A stretch of DNA of 64,000 nucleotides from Lingula anatina (GCA_051362555.1 CM120648.1:19030587-19094586), one strand, 5' to 3'. Positions 13,035-25,919 are shown, numbered from the stretch's first letter. Numbers and translations are program-made. Notes: generated from the letters alone by a model not told the origin.

Positions 13035-16000
13035 TTATTGTACCACCAGCATAGGCGCTGGTGGTACACATGGTTTTAGTCCCGACCCGTATGTTCCGCC
13101 GGTTCCGCCGGCTCCTGCGGCTCCGCTGCCAAGTCACCGTTACCGCTTCTCCTCCTAGACGGTAAGGGCCTCCATACCCATCTCTTGGATTTAGGTCACC
13201 TATAATCTCAACATGTCCACGTAAAATTTGGGCTTTGTCGGTATTGGGGTCTAGGTGTGGCACTTATTGCAATGCACCCTTGTCCAAAAATGGCAAAATT
13301 AAATGCTTATTATCTCCCCTATGGAAGGAATTATGGGAAAAATTTCTACAGACAGCTTTCCAAAAGTCATATGTGTAGATTTCAAATATGCCCTTGGATT
13401 TGACCTTTAGAGTTTCGAGTTACGCTGTATCCAAAAGTACATATTGGTGGTGAAAGCAAAATGTGCAGTACGGTAATGGATAATAAATTTTGAACTCCGG
13501 AAAAATAAAACATAAGGCTTGGCAAAGCAGACAACTTGTGGTCAAAAATGATATTCTTTCATCAAATTTGAACATCTGGAACTTCAGAGCACCTCCCATT
13601 TCAAGAATTTTGACCAAAATGATGTTTTCTTTATTTAAATTAATCTTTTCTGTAGGAAATTTATGGCACATTATGGTAAATCCAAAATTATAACATTTAG
13701 TCCCTTATATCTCCAAAACTGGCAGAGATAGGTCCATAGTTTCTATTAAACTTGAATAGGAAGTCATATACTGGCAATCTACATGTGACCTTAAAATTGA
13801 CCTTTGACCTACTTTTCACCATGAACTGAACATTGCAAATTTTGCTTCCCTTTTATCTCCAAAACTGGCAGAGATAGGTCCATAGTTTCTATTGAACTTG
13901 AATAGGAAGTCATATACTGGCAATCTAAGAGTGACCTTAAAATTGACCTTTGACCTACTTTTCACCATGAACTGAATTTTGCATATTTTGCTTCCCCTTT
14001 ATCTCCAAAACTGGCAGAGATAGGTCCATAGTCTCTATTGAACTTGAATAGGAAGTCATATACTGGCAATCTACATGTGACCTTCAAATTGACCTTTGAC
14101 CTACTTTTCACCATGAACTGAACTTTGCAAATTTTGCTTCCCTTTTATCTCCAAAACTGGCAGAGATAGGTCCATAGTTTCTATTGAACTTGAATAGGAA
14201 GTCATATACTGGCAATCTAAGAGTGACCTTAAAATTGACCTTTGACCTACTTTTCACCATGAACTGAACTTTGCAAATTTTGCTTCCCTTTTATCTCCAA
14301 AGTTACGCTGTATAAAAAAGTACATATTGGTGGTGAAAGCAAAATGTGCAGTACAGTAATGGATAATAAATTTTGAACTCCGGAAAAATAAAACATAAGG
14401 CTTGGCAAAGCAGACAACTTGTGGTCAAAAATGACATTATTTCATCAAATTTGAACCTCTGGAACTTCAGAGCATCTCCCATTTCAAGAATTTTGACCAA
14501 AATGACCTTTTCTTTATTTTAATTAATTTTTTCTGTAGGAAATTTATGGCACATTATGGTAACTCCAAAATTATACCATTTAGTCCCTTATATCTCCAAA
14601 ACTGGCAGAGATAGGTCCATAGTCTCTATTGAACTTGAATAGGAAGTCATATACTGGCAATCTACATGTGACCTTCAAATTGACCTTTGACCTACTTTTC
14701 ACCATGAACTGAACTTTGCAAATTTTGATTCCCTTTTATCTCCAAAACTGGCAGAGATAGGTCCATAGTTACTATTGAAGTTGAATAGGAAGTCATATAC
14801 TGGCAATCTAAATGTGACCTTAAAATTGACCTTTGACCTACTTTTCACCATGAACTGAACTTTGCAAATTTTGCTTACCTTTTATCTCCAAAACTGGCAG
14901 AGATAGGTCTATAGTCTCTATTGAACTTGAATAGGAAGTCATATACTGGCAATCTACATGTGACCTTAAAATTGACCTTTGACCTACTTTTCACCATGAA
15001 CTAAACTTTGCAAATTTTGCTTCCCTTTTATCTCCAAAACTGGCAGAGATAGGTCCATAGTCTCTATTGAACTTGAATAGGAAGTCATATACTGGCAATC
15101 TACATGTGACCTTAAAATTGACCTTAGACCTACTTTTCACCATGAACTAAACTTTGCAAATTTTGCTTTCCTTTTATCTCCAAAACTGGCAGAGATAGGT
15201 CCCTAGTTTCTATTGAACTTGAATAGGAAGTCATATACTGGCAATCTACATGTGACCTTAAAATTGACCTTTGACCTACTTTTCATCATGAACTGAACTT
15301 TGCAAATTTTGCTTCCCTTTTATCTCCAAAACCGGCAGAGATAGGTCCATAGTTTCTATTGAACTTGAATAGGAAGTCATATACTGGCAATCTACATGTG
15401 ACCTTCAAATTGACCTTTGACCTACTTTTCACCATGAACTGAACTTTGCAAATTTTGATTCCCTTTTATCTCCAAAACTGGCAGAGATAGGTCCATAGTT
15501 ACTATTGAAGTTGAATAGGAAGTCATATACTGGCAATCTAAATGTGACCTTAAAATTGACCTTTGACCTACTTTTCACCATGAACTGAACTTTGCAAATT
15601 TTGCTTCCCTTTTATCTCCAAAGTTACACTGTATAAAAAAGTACATATTGGTGGTGAAAGCAAAATGTGCAGTACAGTAATGAATAATAAATTTTGAACT
15701 CCGGAAAAATAAAACATAAGGCTTGGCAAAGCAGACAACTTGTGGTCAAAAATGACATTATTTCATCAAATTTGAACCTCTGGAACTTCAGAGCATCTCC
15801 CATTTCAAGAATTTTGACCAAAATGACCTTTTCTTTATTTTAATTAATTTTTTCTGTAGGAAATTTATGGCACATTATGGTAACTCCAAAATTATACCAT
15901 TTAGTCCCTTATATCTCCAAAACTGGCAGAGATAGGTCCATAGTCTCTATTGAACTTGAATAGGAAGTCATATACTGGCAATCTAAATGTGACCTTAAAA

Positions 16001-17252
16001 TTGACCTTTGACCTACTTTTCACCATGAACTAAACTTTGCAAATTTTGCTTCCCTTTTATCTCCAAAACTGGCAGAGATAGGTCCATAGTCTCTATTGAA
16101 CTTGAATAGGAAGTCATATACTGGCAATCTACATGTGACCTTAAAATTGACCTTTGACCTACTTTTCACCATGAACTAAACTTTGCAAATTTTGCTTTCC
16201 TTTTATCTCCAAAACTGGCAGAGATAGGTCCCTAGTTTCTATTGAACTTGAATAGGAAGTCATATACTGGCAATCTACATGTGACCTTAAAATTGACCTT
16301 TGACCTACTTTTCATCATGAACTGAACTTTGCAAATTTTGCTTCCCTTTTATCTCCAAAACTGGCAGAGATAGGTCCATAGTTTCTATTGAACTTGAATA
16401 GGAAGTCATATACTGGCAATCTACATGTGACCTTCAAATTGACCTTTGACCTACTTTTCACCATGAACTGAACTTTGCAAATTTTGCTTCCCTTTTATCT
16501 CCAAAACTGGCAGAGATAGGTCCATAGTTACTATTGAAGTTGAATAGGAAGTCATATACTGGCAATCTAAATGTGACCTTAATATTGACCTTTGACCTAC
16601 TTTTCACCATGAACTGAATTTTGCAAATTTTGCTTCCCTTTTATCTCCAAAACTGGCAGAGATAGGTCCATAGTCTCTATTGAAGTTGAATAGGAAGTCA
16701 TATACTGGCAATCTAAGAGTGACCTTAAAATTGACCTTTGACATACTTTTCACCATGAACTGAATTTTGCATATTTTGCTTCCCCTTTATCTCCAAAACT
16801 GGCAGAGATAGGTCCATAGTTACTATTGAACGTGAAAGGAAGTCATATACTGGCAATCTAAGTGTGACCTTTAAATTGACCTTTGACCTACTTATTATCA
16901 TGAACTGAACTCTGCTAATTTCTTTCTCTTTTAACTCCAAATCTGGCAGAGATAGGCGAATAGTTACTATTGAAGCTGAATAGGAAGTCATATACTGGCA
17001 ATTTACTGTGACCTTGGAATTGACCTTTGACCTACCTTACGATGAACTTAACTTTGATTGTACCATTTTTAGTTATATATATATTTTTTGCATATTTTGA
17101 AAATTCTTGTTGATTGCATTTTTACAGCTTGTCAAGCACAAGACTGGTGGCTGTGTTCCTTATTTTGTGTATGTGGGGGTCTATACGAATGCGCTTGCTC
17201 CAGCTGGTGGTACAATATTCAGAGGCGATATCGCCTCTCTGATCCTCTAGTT
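13035..17252 (+). mobile_element. Helentron-type element with expanded 146-bp tandem array (about 19 units, higher-order structure)
   Basis: Same termini as the 6521 copy; perfect palindrome AGAGGCGATATCGCCTCT at 17221; 146-bp period (13721, 13867, 14013, 14159...); a ~300-bp block recurs at about 13419, 14302 and 15623. Confidence 0.85.
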
Positions 17253-17583
17253 CTATGTATAATTTGTATCCCTTCAACCATATCATGATTCCTGACGAGT
17301 GACTTAATTATTTAGAAACTTTTCACTATGTGACTATTTGTGGATGGCATGATTTAATGTTGGGGGAAAAGGGTGTCCCTTGCCCACTGTACTCCATCCT
17401 AATTTTATAGGTTCATTGCAGCACACCCATTTTTCAACTTGAACGAAGTGGACTATATCATATACACATATATACATGTACATACACACACCCTGGTAGA
17501 TGTTTTCTTTCGCTCTGACACTTAAGCATTATTATATAGTAGTGAAAAACTACAAAAGAATCTTAACATCTTTTCATTCATAG

Positions 17584-18754
17584 GGCGAGGTTGAAAAGAT
17601 TTTTGATAAACTCAAGAAGTGTCTCGATGACAAGCAGGTACTCAAGGACCACGTCTATCGATATTTTGCCATAAGCAACTTGGCCGAAGACGATGAGGAG
17701 TTTGCTGAAATAAAAAGAGCGATCGAAGATTTGTGCGGTTATAGCAGCGACAGTGAGGCTACCGTTCAACATCTTCCAGTGAGTTGGATTAAATTGGAAA
17801 TGAATTTGGCAAAGAAGAGTGAAGAAACACCCATCATAACTATTGAAAAATTGATGGAAATGGCGCAAAGGGTAGGACTCCCTGATGGAGAATTACAAGA
17901 AAAATTCATTCCTTACCATCACCGTCAAGGCGACATCCTACACTTTAAAATTGATGGACTGGAAAGTGTCGTCATAATAGATCCACTTTGGTTAGCAGTT
18001 GTGTTTTCTGCCATCATGACCCCGGCCAGCATTCACTCTGGATGCAGTCGCGGCCATGTCCTGAAAGATGAGCTTGAAAGAGGAGTCCTAAAAGAGGAGG
18101 TATTTGATGAGTATCTAAAAGAATTCAAGATGGCCGAAAAAAAGACTGAAATCATTCGACTTATGCTGCATTTCGACTTGATGTTAGAAATATCCCAATC
18201 AGTTGAAAACCCTCTGCCTGGACATGGAAAAAGAAGATTCCTCGTACCCAGTATGCTGGTATCAAATAACAGTGCGAATGAGACAAATCCGCAGAAATAT
18301 TTGCTTATCGCATTCCCTCATATTCTGTTTCCTACTGGGTTATTTCATCGTCTGACCATCCGTCTTCTAAGGAAGTATAAAGCTCAGCAATATAAAAATA
18401 ACATCCCAGTTGTTGGGTTTGACAGCGCCTCCTTCCGCCTGGCTGATAAACAGTCGGTGCTGCATCTCGCCATTGAAAATAAGGCCATGAAGTTGTTTAT
18501 AACTAACGCCACTGGACTCCCTCCAAAGACTCACGTGTACTCAGAAGCAAGAAAAACAGTTGAAAATGAGTTGACAGTCCTTCGGGATACATACTGCCCC
18601 AGGATGCATTTTGGCTACAGCATCAGGTTAAAAAATGACGGACCCAATATTCCAATAAATGCGCATGATGTCCAAACAGCCGATTCCATATGTGTGTATG
18701 TAGAGAACTCTGAAGTGTCGGTAGATTTAAGGCCATATCGCGTTTGGTTTTCTG
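17584..18754 (+). CDS. Roc G5 plus COR domain exon
   Basis: tcatag|GGC; YFAISN (G5), then COR motifs LPVSWIKLE, YHHRQGDILHF, VIIDPLWL, LMLHFDL, FLVPSML, FPTGLFHRL; donor TCTG|GTAAGC. Confidence 0.9.
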
Positions 18755-19418
18755 GTAAGCAGTTTGAAATATCACGTAGTGTTGTTGTGAATAGACATTA
18801 CGCCCTATGCTATTTTAACATAGAACATGCATTCCGTGTTAATTGGTTCACAGATCTTAACATTTTAAAAGATCCCTGATTACACATCATGTAATATCTG
18901 AAACCAGATACCATAAGAAAATTTAGGTTTGATTAGTTTTAATTTTCAAAATTATTTATCTGGAAAAAAGTATTAAGGATATTTCTGTTTTGTACATATA
19001 TTTTTGAAAATATTGATTTTTTACACAAACACTAATGACATACAATGTTAGTTATTTCGTATGAATACTCAATTGTATATGCAATAGACTAAAAAATGCT
19101 CAATTAGAAATTAATGGGAAAATTTATATTAATCTACCCTTCTTAAATGAACTAGGTACTTGTTTGTAACATTTTTATTAGAAACAAAAGGCAAGATATC
19201 GTATTCAGATTTTACTCAAACATGTTATGAATTAGCAACCTGTGATAACAAGTCATTAGAAACATGTCAGTGAAAAATAAAACCAAAATTAACAATCATT
19301 TCGGAATGGATTTTGAAAGGAAAAGTACGGCGTATGATAGGACATAAAGTATTTTGATGGGGCCCTAGAGGCCAAGTACCAATATATAATATATATTAGG
19401 CCAATCTTACCATTTTAG

Positions 19419-19468
19419 CAGCCCCAGAGAATCAAGACCGTCGTGCAGCCAAGTGTCCTGAAAACGAG
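19419..19468 (+). CDS. COR-caspase linker exon with GC donor
   Basis: cattttag|CA...GAG|GCAAGT; 50 nt converts phase 1 to phase 0 as required; AAPENQDRRAAKCPENE. Confidence 0.7.
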
Positions 19469-19511
19469 GCAAGTTATGAGCTTTTAAATATGTTTGTGTC
19501 TAAGTACTGCG

Positions 19512-19599
19512 CAGCAAACACAGAACGTTATTATAACGTTACCATATCATATGTCCAAAAACATTTTGGTAACATTATAGGAACGTTCTGTGTTTGCTG
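19512..19599. mobile_element. Tiny foldback element (CACTA/EnSpm-like termini)
   Basis: CAGCAAACACAGAACGTT ... AACGTTCTGTGTTTGCTG, perfect 18-bp inverted repeat. Confidence 0.55.
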
Positions 19600-19790
19600 A
19601 CCATTATCCTCACTTGCACAAGTTTTAGTAAGACCATGAAATTAAATGTACTTGTATATACACAATCATAAGAAAAATTGGATACACTTAGGCATAAATG
19701 AGCACTTTTCACTCTGTTACACTTGCTATATGACCTCTGATATTTCTAATGATAAATTTCACATAAAGAGGGTGTATGTGTGCGTTTCAG

Positions 19791-19961
19791 TACAAGAACG
19801 ATTCCGAACCAAGAGGTCGTGCAGTCATTATCAACAACAAGACATTTTCCGTGGACTGGCTTCCAGAACGTGATGGTACCGAGGTAGATGTTGTTGCCTT
19901 GAGGAAACTATTCCGTTACCTCCATTATGAGACAGACGTTATCAGTAACCTGACTGCAAAT
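19791..19961 (+). CDS. Caspase p20 exon 1
   Basis: YKNDSEPRGRAVIINNKTF...PERDGTEVDVVALRKLFRYLHY...NLTAN; canonical AG/GT. Confidence 0.92.
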
Positions 19962-20282
19962 GTGAGTTCATTAATAAGATCATGGTGTGTTTGTAATAAA
20001 ACGAACATCGTAAAAGCCAAATGGCTTTTAGGTTTCAAAGACTAACATACTTTTTGGTGATATCTAAATATATTTATCAGTGACACAAAGATGATACAAT
20101 TGATACTTGAACCTTTTGGATCAAAACAGGTGTTGTCAAACAAACTTTTCGGTCACATTTTATTATGTTTATCTATTTCACTGCAATATATTTTTCTACT
20201 AAAATGAAGCTTTTCACTCGTTTCTGTTCATTGCATGTATTTGTATTTATATGAGAGATGTACGGTACACTGAATAGTTATA

Positions 20283-20657
20283 CAACATTGGTCAAAAAGG
20301 TTGTCCCACCCCTATTTCCATGTACTTTAAAAACCAACCCCATAAAAACCTGGGCCAAATCCCCCATCTTGTTTAAGAAGAATCGGACAAGTCTTTTCAA
20401 TTTTATAGACATTTCTTTACATCTGTAGAAATCACAGTGAAACAGTCGAATCGAGGGGTACCTCTTATAAATTTAACTAAATGGTATAAAATGTGTATAT
20501 TTTCACCACTATTTTGTTTTTTTTTTAACCATGAATCATCTTAGACACGGTATCCGTAATAAAAAGCACTATTTCTAACAGTTCACAGCTGTGAGGTGAT
20601 CATTTGTAAATAAAAGTACATGGAAATGGGGGTGGGACAACCTTTTGACCAATGTTG
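20283..20657. mobile_element. Tc1/mariner-type MITE
   Basis: TIR CAACATTGGTCAAAAAGGTTGTCCCACCCC.ATTTCCATGTACTTT with its inverse; TA on both sides. Confidence 0.85.
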
Positions 20658-20884
20658 TATACAAACAGACATGGCGTACAATCTACAAATATACCACCAT
20701 ATGTCCGTCCTCGGTGGCTACTGCCTTTCACATTCTCTGTTAGCGTCAAGTATGAATTGATGCTTTACGCTGTCGTTGATAACCCAATTCCGTACGTACC
20801 ACGTCTCTGCAGTCATTGCATGCTATTTCGTTTGAAGTACACTATGTTTTTATGTCACTTCTTCTTTTATTTTAATGTGTAAAG

Positions 20885-21104
20885 GAAATGAAGGAAGAAA
20901 TAGAACAAGAAAGTCAAAGAGACGATCACAAGATCTACGATTCTTTCATCTTGTTTCTACTGAGCCATGGTACCGAGGGTGCTGTTTATGGAACGGATGG
21001 CTATCCTTTACCCTTCAAATATATCAAAGCCATTTTGAATAACAGGAACTGTCTTGGCCTGTCGGGCAAACCGAAAATGATATTTATTCAGGCTTGCCAG
21101 GGAA
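20885..21104 (+). CDS. Caspase p20 exon 2 (catalytic His and Cys)
   Basis: DSFILFLLSHG...LSGKPKMIFIQACQG; donor A|GTAAGT. Confidence 0.95.
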
Positions 21105-21367
21105 GTAAGTTATGGAATGTATTACACAAGCTTGAATACCTGCGATGAAAATAACATGCAAAATTATTAAACAAATGTATTGAGATATTAAACTGTATTA
21201 ACAGTTTGTCTCCTTTAAATTATATTCAGCCACACGAAATGAATGACACTTAGTATTATGTAATTGTTTAATTAGTTAATACTGATATCAATTCTAACTT
21301 ATATGTAAACATGTAATCCACATAAGGGTGTATGGGGTATTTCATTTTTTTTTCCATATTCGCCCAG

Positions 21368-21538
21368 AGATATTGGACAGTGGGACACTCCTGGACGGAC
21401 AAACAGTTCAACAACCACAGCAAGCACCACCTGCAGCAAACCTTGGCGATGAGGTACCCGATGCGCCACACGAGATTCCAAAGCCATCCAATGATCCGAC
21501 AATGTCCGATTTTCTCGAGGTCCATGCGACTTCACCAG
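21368..21538 (+). CDS. Caspase inter-subunit linker and start of p10
   Basis: ccag|; KILDSGTLLDG...DEVPDA...PTMSDFLEVHATSP; phase 1-1. Confidence 0.85.
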
Positions 21539-21869
21539 GTACTTTAACCGTGTTTCTTTGTATGCCATTTTACTTAGGCCTTACAAATGTGTTTTTCATC
21601 AGAAAAAAAAATCAAAATGATAAGGTGCACGTGGTGATGCTGGGATTATGGCATTTTGCCTCAGGTAGAAGATGGTGTGCATTTTGTGGTCTTTTGACAT
21701 ATTGTGGAGAACTGTATTGTACGTGTATACTTTTAAATGCGCACTACATTACTGCACCAGTAAATACTGAAAATGGTGCATGTATTTTTATACAGTATCA
21801 AATAAAATATATGTGCCAAATTTAATTAAAATTTACGTACATTTTTGCCATAATGCTTTTAAAAATGCG

Positions 21870-22278
21870 TTCACGATCACTACGAAAAACGAAAGTGTGT
21901 CGAGACGTTACCTAATTGTATTTGGGAAGCTGTCAGACGATTTCTTTCGATAAAAAAGACTTTGTAGCTTATGCAAATGTTGAGAAAAAAACATGCCGAT
22001 TATGGAAAATTCAATTATCAAAATTTAAACTACGTAATTCGACAGATTTTAATTTAATTTAATTTAATTTAAAAATCGCTATCGTGTATTTCTGACATTG
22101 AATTCTCAGTGTGCACAAAGTATAGGCATCGAAGGCATTCATGAATGTCGACACGTTTGATTCTTTGAATCAGACGCTTCATGTTACTTGATAGCGCAGA
22201 GGCATGCCAGGGAAAACAGAGGAAGAAAAACAAGTTCTGCTTTTTCTTGATTGAAGGCTTCGATTTGTTGAAGGGCAA
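21870..22278 (-). mobile_element. Diverged copy of the 8479-9080 repeat family
   Basis: Reverse complement shares CCTTCAA.AAAT and TCAAGTAA...GAAGCGTCTGAT.CAAAG.ATCAAACG; left boundary approximate. Confidence 0.4.
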
Positions 22279-22748
22279 TTCTGTATAGCCTGGTTTTCAA
22301 AGATGTGGCAGGCATATCAGCAAAACAAAATGCATCGCCAAGGACCCGAATGCCATGGCAAAATGTTTTAAGTTTACTTTGTTATTTTGATACAAATAAG
22401 CTTCCGGTTGACATAGATTTGACTGGTCTCCAACTTTCCATGCTGCACTGTGCCTGACCGAAAAAAACCCTTAAAATGAGTAGTGATTCAGTGTTCCAAT
22501 GATGCCTGCGATGGCTAGAAACGTGACCCGTATTATTGGCCTTTTGGAGATCATTTCAGGTCGGTTCACTGTAACACTATCGGCAAATATACTTTACTAA
22601 TAGTTCCTCGATCTACGCGATTTATGAAATTTGCTTTTCCGCACTCTCCGTGAGACTAAGTACTGTTATATTAACAAAATAAAAATAAACAGTACCGTTG
22701 CATCTACGAGTAAATAATACGTTAAGGCTTCAGTATTTTCTGTTTCAG

Positions 22749-22858
22749 ATTACGTATCTTGGCGACACCCGGGAAAGGGAACATGGTTTGTTCAATCCAT
22801 TGTCGATACATTTTATCGTGAAGCACACAAATATGACGTTTTACAAATGTTGGTGAAT
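22749..22858 (+). CDS. Caspase p10 exon
   Basis: tttcag|; DYVSWRHPGKGTWFVQSIVDTF...DVLQMLVN|gtaag. Not in the ORF track. Confidence 0.92.
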
Positions 22859-23094
22859 GTAAGTACTGAAATAACATGAACTACATTATTTTGCATTGAA
22901 AGTGTGTTAAATTCATTAGAACACCAATCAAATATAAAACATAGCTACCAGAAGAAGTGACATGTCGTAAGAGGTGACTTATGTAAATACAGTCCAACAT
23001 GCACAGACTTTTTAAGAACCAGCGAAATGCTCTTCTGTATATTTTGACAGTTTAATCAGAACTGTTCACTTCATGTAATATTTTATTTCACCAG

Positions 23095-23244
23095 GTGAAT
23101 CACGCGATCTCTCAAAAGCAAACAATAGAGGGCAACAAACAGGCACCAGAGATAGTTACCAGCTTACGAAAGAAAGTTTTCTTCAACATAACTCCAGGTA
23201 AGCAAAAAGAGTCGCATCTTCCCGAGGTGTATTCGGCCGAATAA
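23095..23244 (+). CDS. Caspase p10 terminal exon (stop at 23244 on read-through; alternative donor after 23197)
   Basis: VNHAISQ...KQAPEIVTSLRKKVFF is the caspase C-terminal motif. Confidence 0.85.
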   Translation: MNHAISQKQTIEGNKQAPEIVTSLRKKVFFNITPGKQKESHLPEVYSAE

Positions 23245-23499
23245 TAAAGACTCGAGATCAAAAGTAAGCAAAAACAACGAACCTGGAATGTGTTAAGGTA
23301 CAAACAATGCTGCCAGTCCTGCTGAAGATCTCATCCTTTTATCAAATGTCTCAAATCTCCCACCCAGTTGCAGACCCCACCTACAAAATTTTTTCCCAAC
23401 TTCAATAAATCATTCCCAACTAAAGCTGGAACTTCAAGGTTATGATCTTCATAAGGTTATTTTTCTCATCAATGTTATTTCTATGTGTTTCCACCTAAA

Positions 23500-24800
23500 T
23501 TGCACCACAACTCCCAGCATTCACGCACCTCACATTCATTTATCAGTACTTACTCCTCCTGAAGTGATTTGGGACTACATTGAATCAGGTTATCCTTTGG
23601 GCGGATTGCTGGCACAATTTAGTCTCCTTCTTACAGATTTCAAATATTCAATGTTACATGTTGTCCCTAAATCTGATCTTCACAAAACTCGTGTAATTTA
23701 CGATCTTTTTTTTTATCCCAACCTGGTCTCGGTTGATTCTAACATTCCAAGAGAGTTCTCTGTGGCACTTCATTGATGCTGTTATCGCACATGTCCAACA
23801 TTTTGTTCGTGGTGCTCTTTTAGGTATATCTTATATTCAAGATGTTTTCCACATTTTACTGATTATGAACTGCGTCCATCCCTTAAAGGCCCAGTGGGTC
23901 ACCTGTGACCCACACGTTTGACACGTCCCTACCCATACCACACAAAATGAATCCACTTCATTTTACCATTTCCTATTCCTTATGTACTAGTTTATCCTTG
24001 TTGACCAATTAGAAACTAGATCATTATCCTTCACTTCACTCAAATATGTCTGCCTCCATAAGAAGGAGTTAATGCTATTGTCTAGTGGGTTTTTATGTGT
24101 CTTTATTGTCATCTCAAGGTAAATAATACTTTCAATATTCTGCCTTTTCATTATAAATACAATAGTCTTAAACCACACAGAAATGTTTTATACAGTTGTT
24201 AGCTACGCTTCCAGGTTTAAATTTATTTTTTATGTTGTTATTGTAATAAAAAGAGGTTTGTGATATCTTGAAACTTAGTCATTTGTTTACCTCTAAAGCC
24301 CAGTGGGTCACCGGTGGAACATAACCAAAAACTAGGTCAATGTTGCCCAAAACATTTTTTTCAACATTTATTGATAAATATGCTTATTACAACCCTATTA
24401 CCTAGGTATTAAACTTTTCATGCAAGAAAAACATGTCTTGGGCCTTTAAGGGTTTTTCCTGGAATGATCTGTTTTATTATGAGAAATGTTTGCCAATAGG
24501 TGCAAGTTGTTCGTGCCAGATTTTTTAATCTATGAGTAAAGCTATGCAATGGATTATGTTGGAGAGATTTCATGATTCGGCCATGTCCTGTATACTAGAT
24601 GATATCTGTTTCATTGGACCTCAAAATTCCAAGAAGTGTCAGGTTGATTTTTCTTGTGTTATGCACATGGATAAACATTTCCATTAACGCAGTAAAAACC
24701 TTTAGTCTGACCACTTGTTTAACGTAAACAACCTTTACTCTGACCACTTTTGTTTATTTTATCTCATCGAAATATATTCAATACAAATGAAACCTTGGAT
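23500..24800 (+). mobile_element. Degenerate DIRS/Ngaro-type retrotransposon RT relic
   Basis: Broken frames read ...VVPKSDLHKTRVIYDL...VDSNIPREFS / IDAVIAHVQHFVRGALLG..IQDVF / GFSWNDLFYYEKCLPIGASCS / CILDDICFIGP, matching the order of DIRS RT motifs; boundaries approximate. Confidence 0.7.
23880..24452. mobile_element. MITE with CCC/GGG termini (piggyBac-like) nested in the DIRS relic
   Basis: CCCTTAAAGGCCCA ... TGGGCCTTTAAGGG; TTAA target duplication not evident. Confidence 0.6.
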
Positions 24801-25919
24801 AGGCTTTTAGGGTTTAATCTGAAATAAAATATCAGGCATCGGTCAAACGTGTCTAATTTGGTTCAGTTTTGTTGTGGGATATGGTTGATTGGGCGAGTAA
24901 TGACCCACCCACTTATTGTCCATGTGGTTCAAGTATGGTGATTTTGATGACCAAGGTAACTGCTTACTCCCTTGTTTCATTAAGTTATCTGCTATTCGAG
25001 GTACTCTGTTCGAACCAGAAATCTCATTGTGCAACCTTAAATTACTCCTTATGTGCCCCCTAGTCATGCGATTCCCAGATTGTAACTTACTTTGATGTGT
25101 TTAGGATCTTATTATTTTTTTACTATTAAAAATGATAATTTTCAGTCATATGCACTTTACCTCATTTGCCTTTGAGCAAAAACAGAGCTGCGTTGTGCTA
25201 ATGATCATTTGGCTACATAAAACAGCAATTTAGATAATTGTGTTTATGTAGGGAATGTCTACATCAGTGAGATTTAAGTCATCCAGCTTTTTAGCTGCTT
25301 GATATTTACCCGCATTGTTACGTAGTGCAGTTTAAGCAGCTACACTGGAAGATTACTTGCTTCGTTATTTCATTTTAATTTGGACACATTCCACCTTCCC
25401 CCATCACCCGCCTTAGTCCTTGTGTTTTTCTCTATTTTTTTCTTTTTTCACTAACCAGAGTCTCTATTTCTGCGCCAATAACTATTGTGGTTTCATATCT
25501 ATTTTATTCTGAATTAATCTTGGTTGCACCCATTAAACTATATTATTATTATTATTTATATTATGACATTTATATAGCATGGGGTGTATGATAATCCTCC
25601 ATTTTTGTAAGGTTATATCTCATTATTCTTCGTCATTAATAAATGACAATTTTCAGTCATATGGACTTTATGCTATTTACCTTTGAGCAAAAAGCTGAGC
25701 TTTGTTGTGTTGGTGTGATTATTTGGCTACATGAATAGAATATTTCATCCACAGAGGTGTCTCTTGGCTGTAAGATAATATGAAATAATATTCAAATAAA
25801 TCTGAACTGAAAAAAAAATTAATTAATTCTATAAAACTCAATATTTTGAAGAAACATGTTGTTGTAAAGAACAATTTTCTTGCTGCTGTCGTATCACCTG
25901 GTAATTGTTTGTTTTCTAG

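Noticed and set aside
7058-15821. Recurrent minus-strand ORFs MVKILE(I/M)G...
   Set aside because: Chance frames within the repeated block of the Helentron-type element; no domain signal.
13700-17040. Regular repeat array resembling CRISPR
   Set aside because: Head-to-tail 146-bp units with no unique spacers, eukaryotic context and no cas genes.
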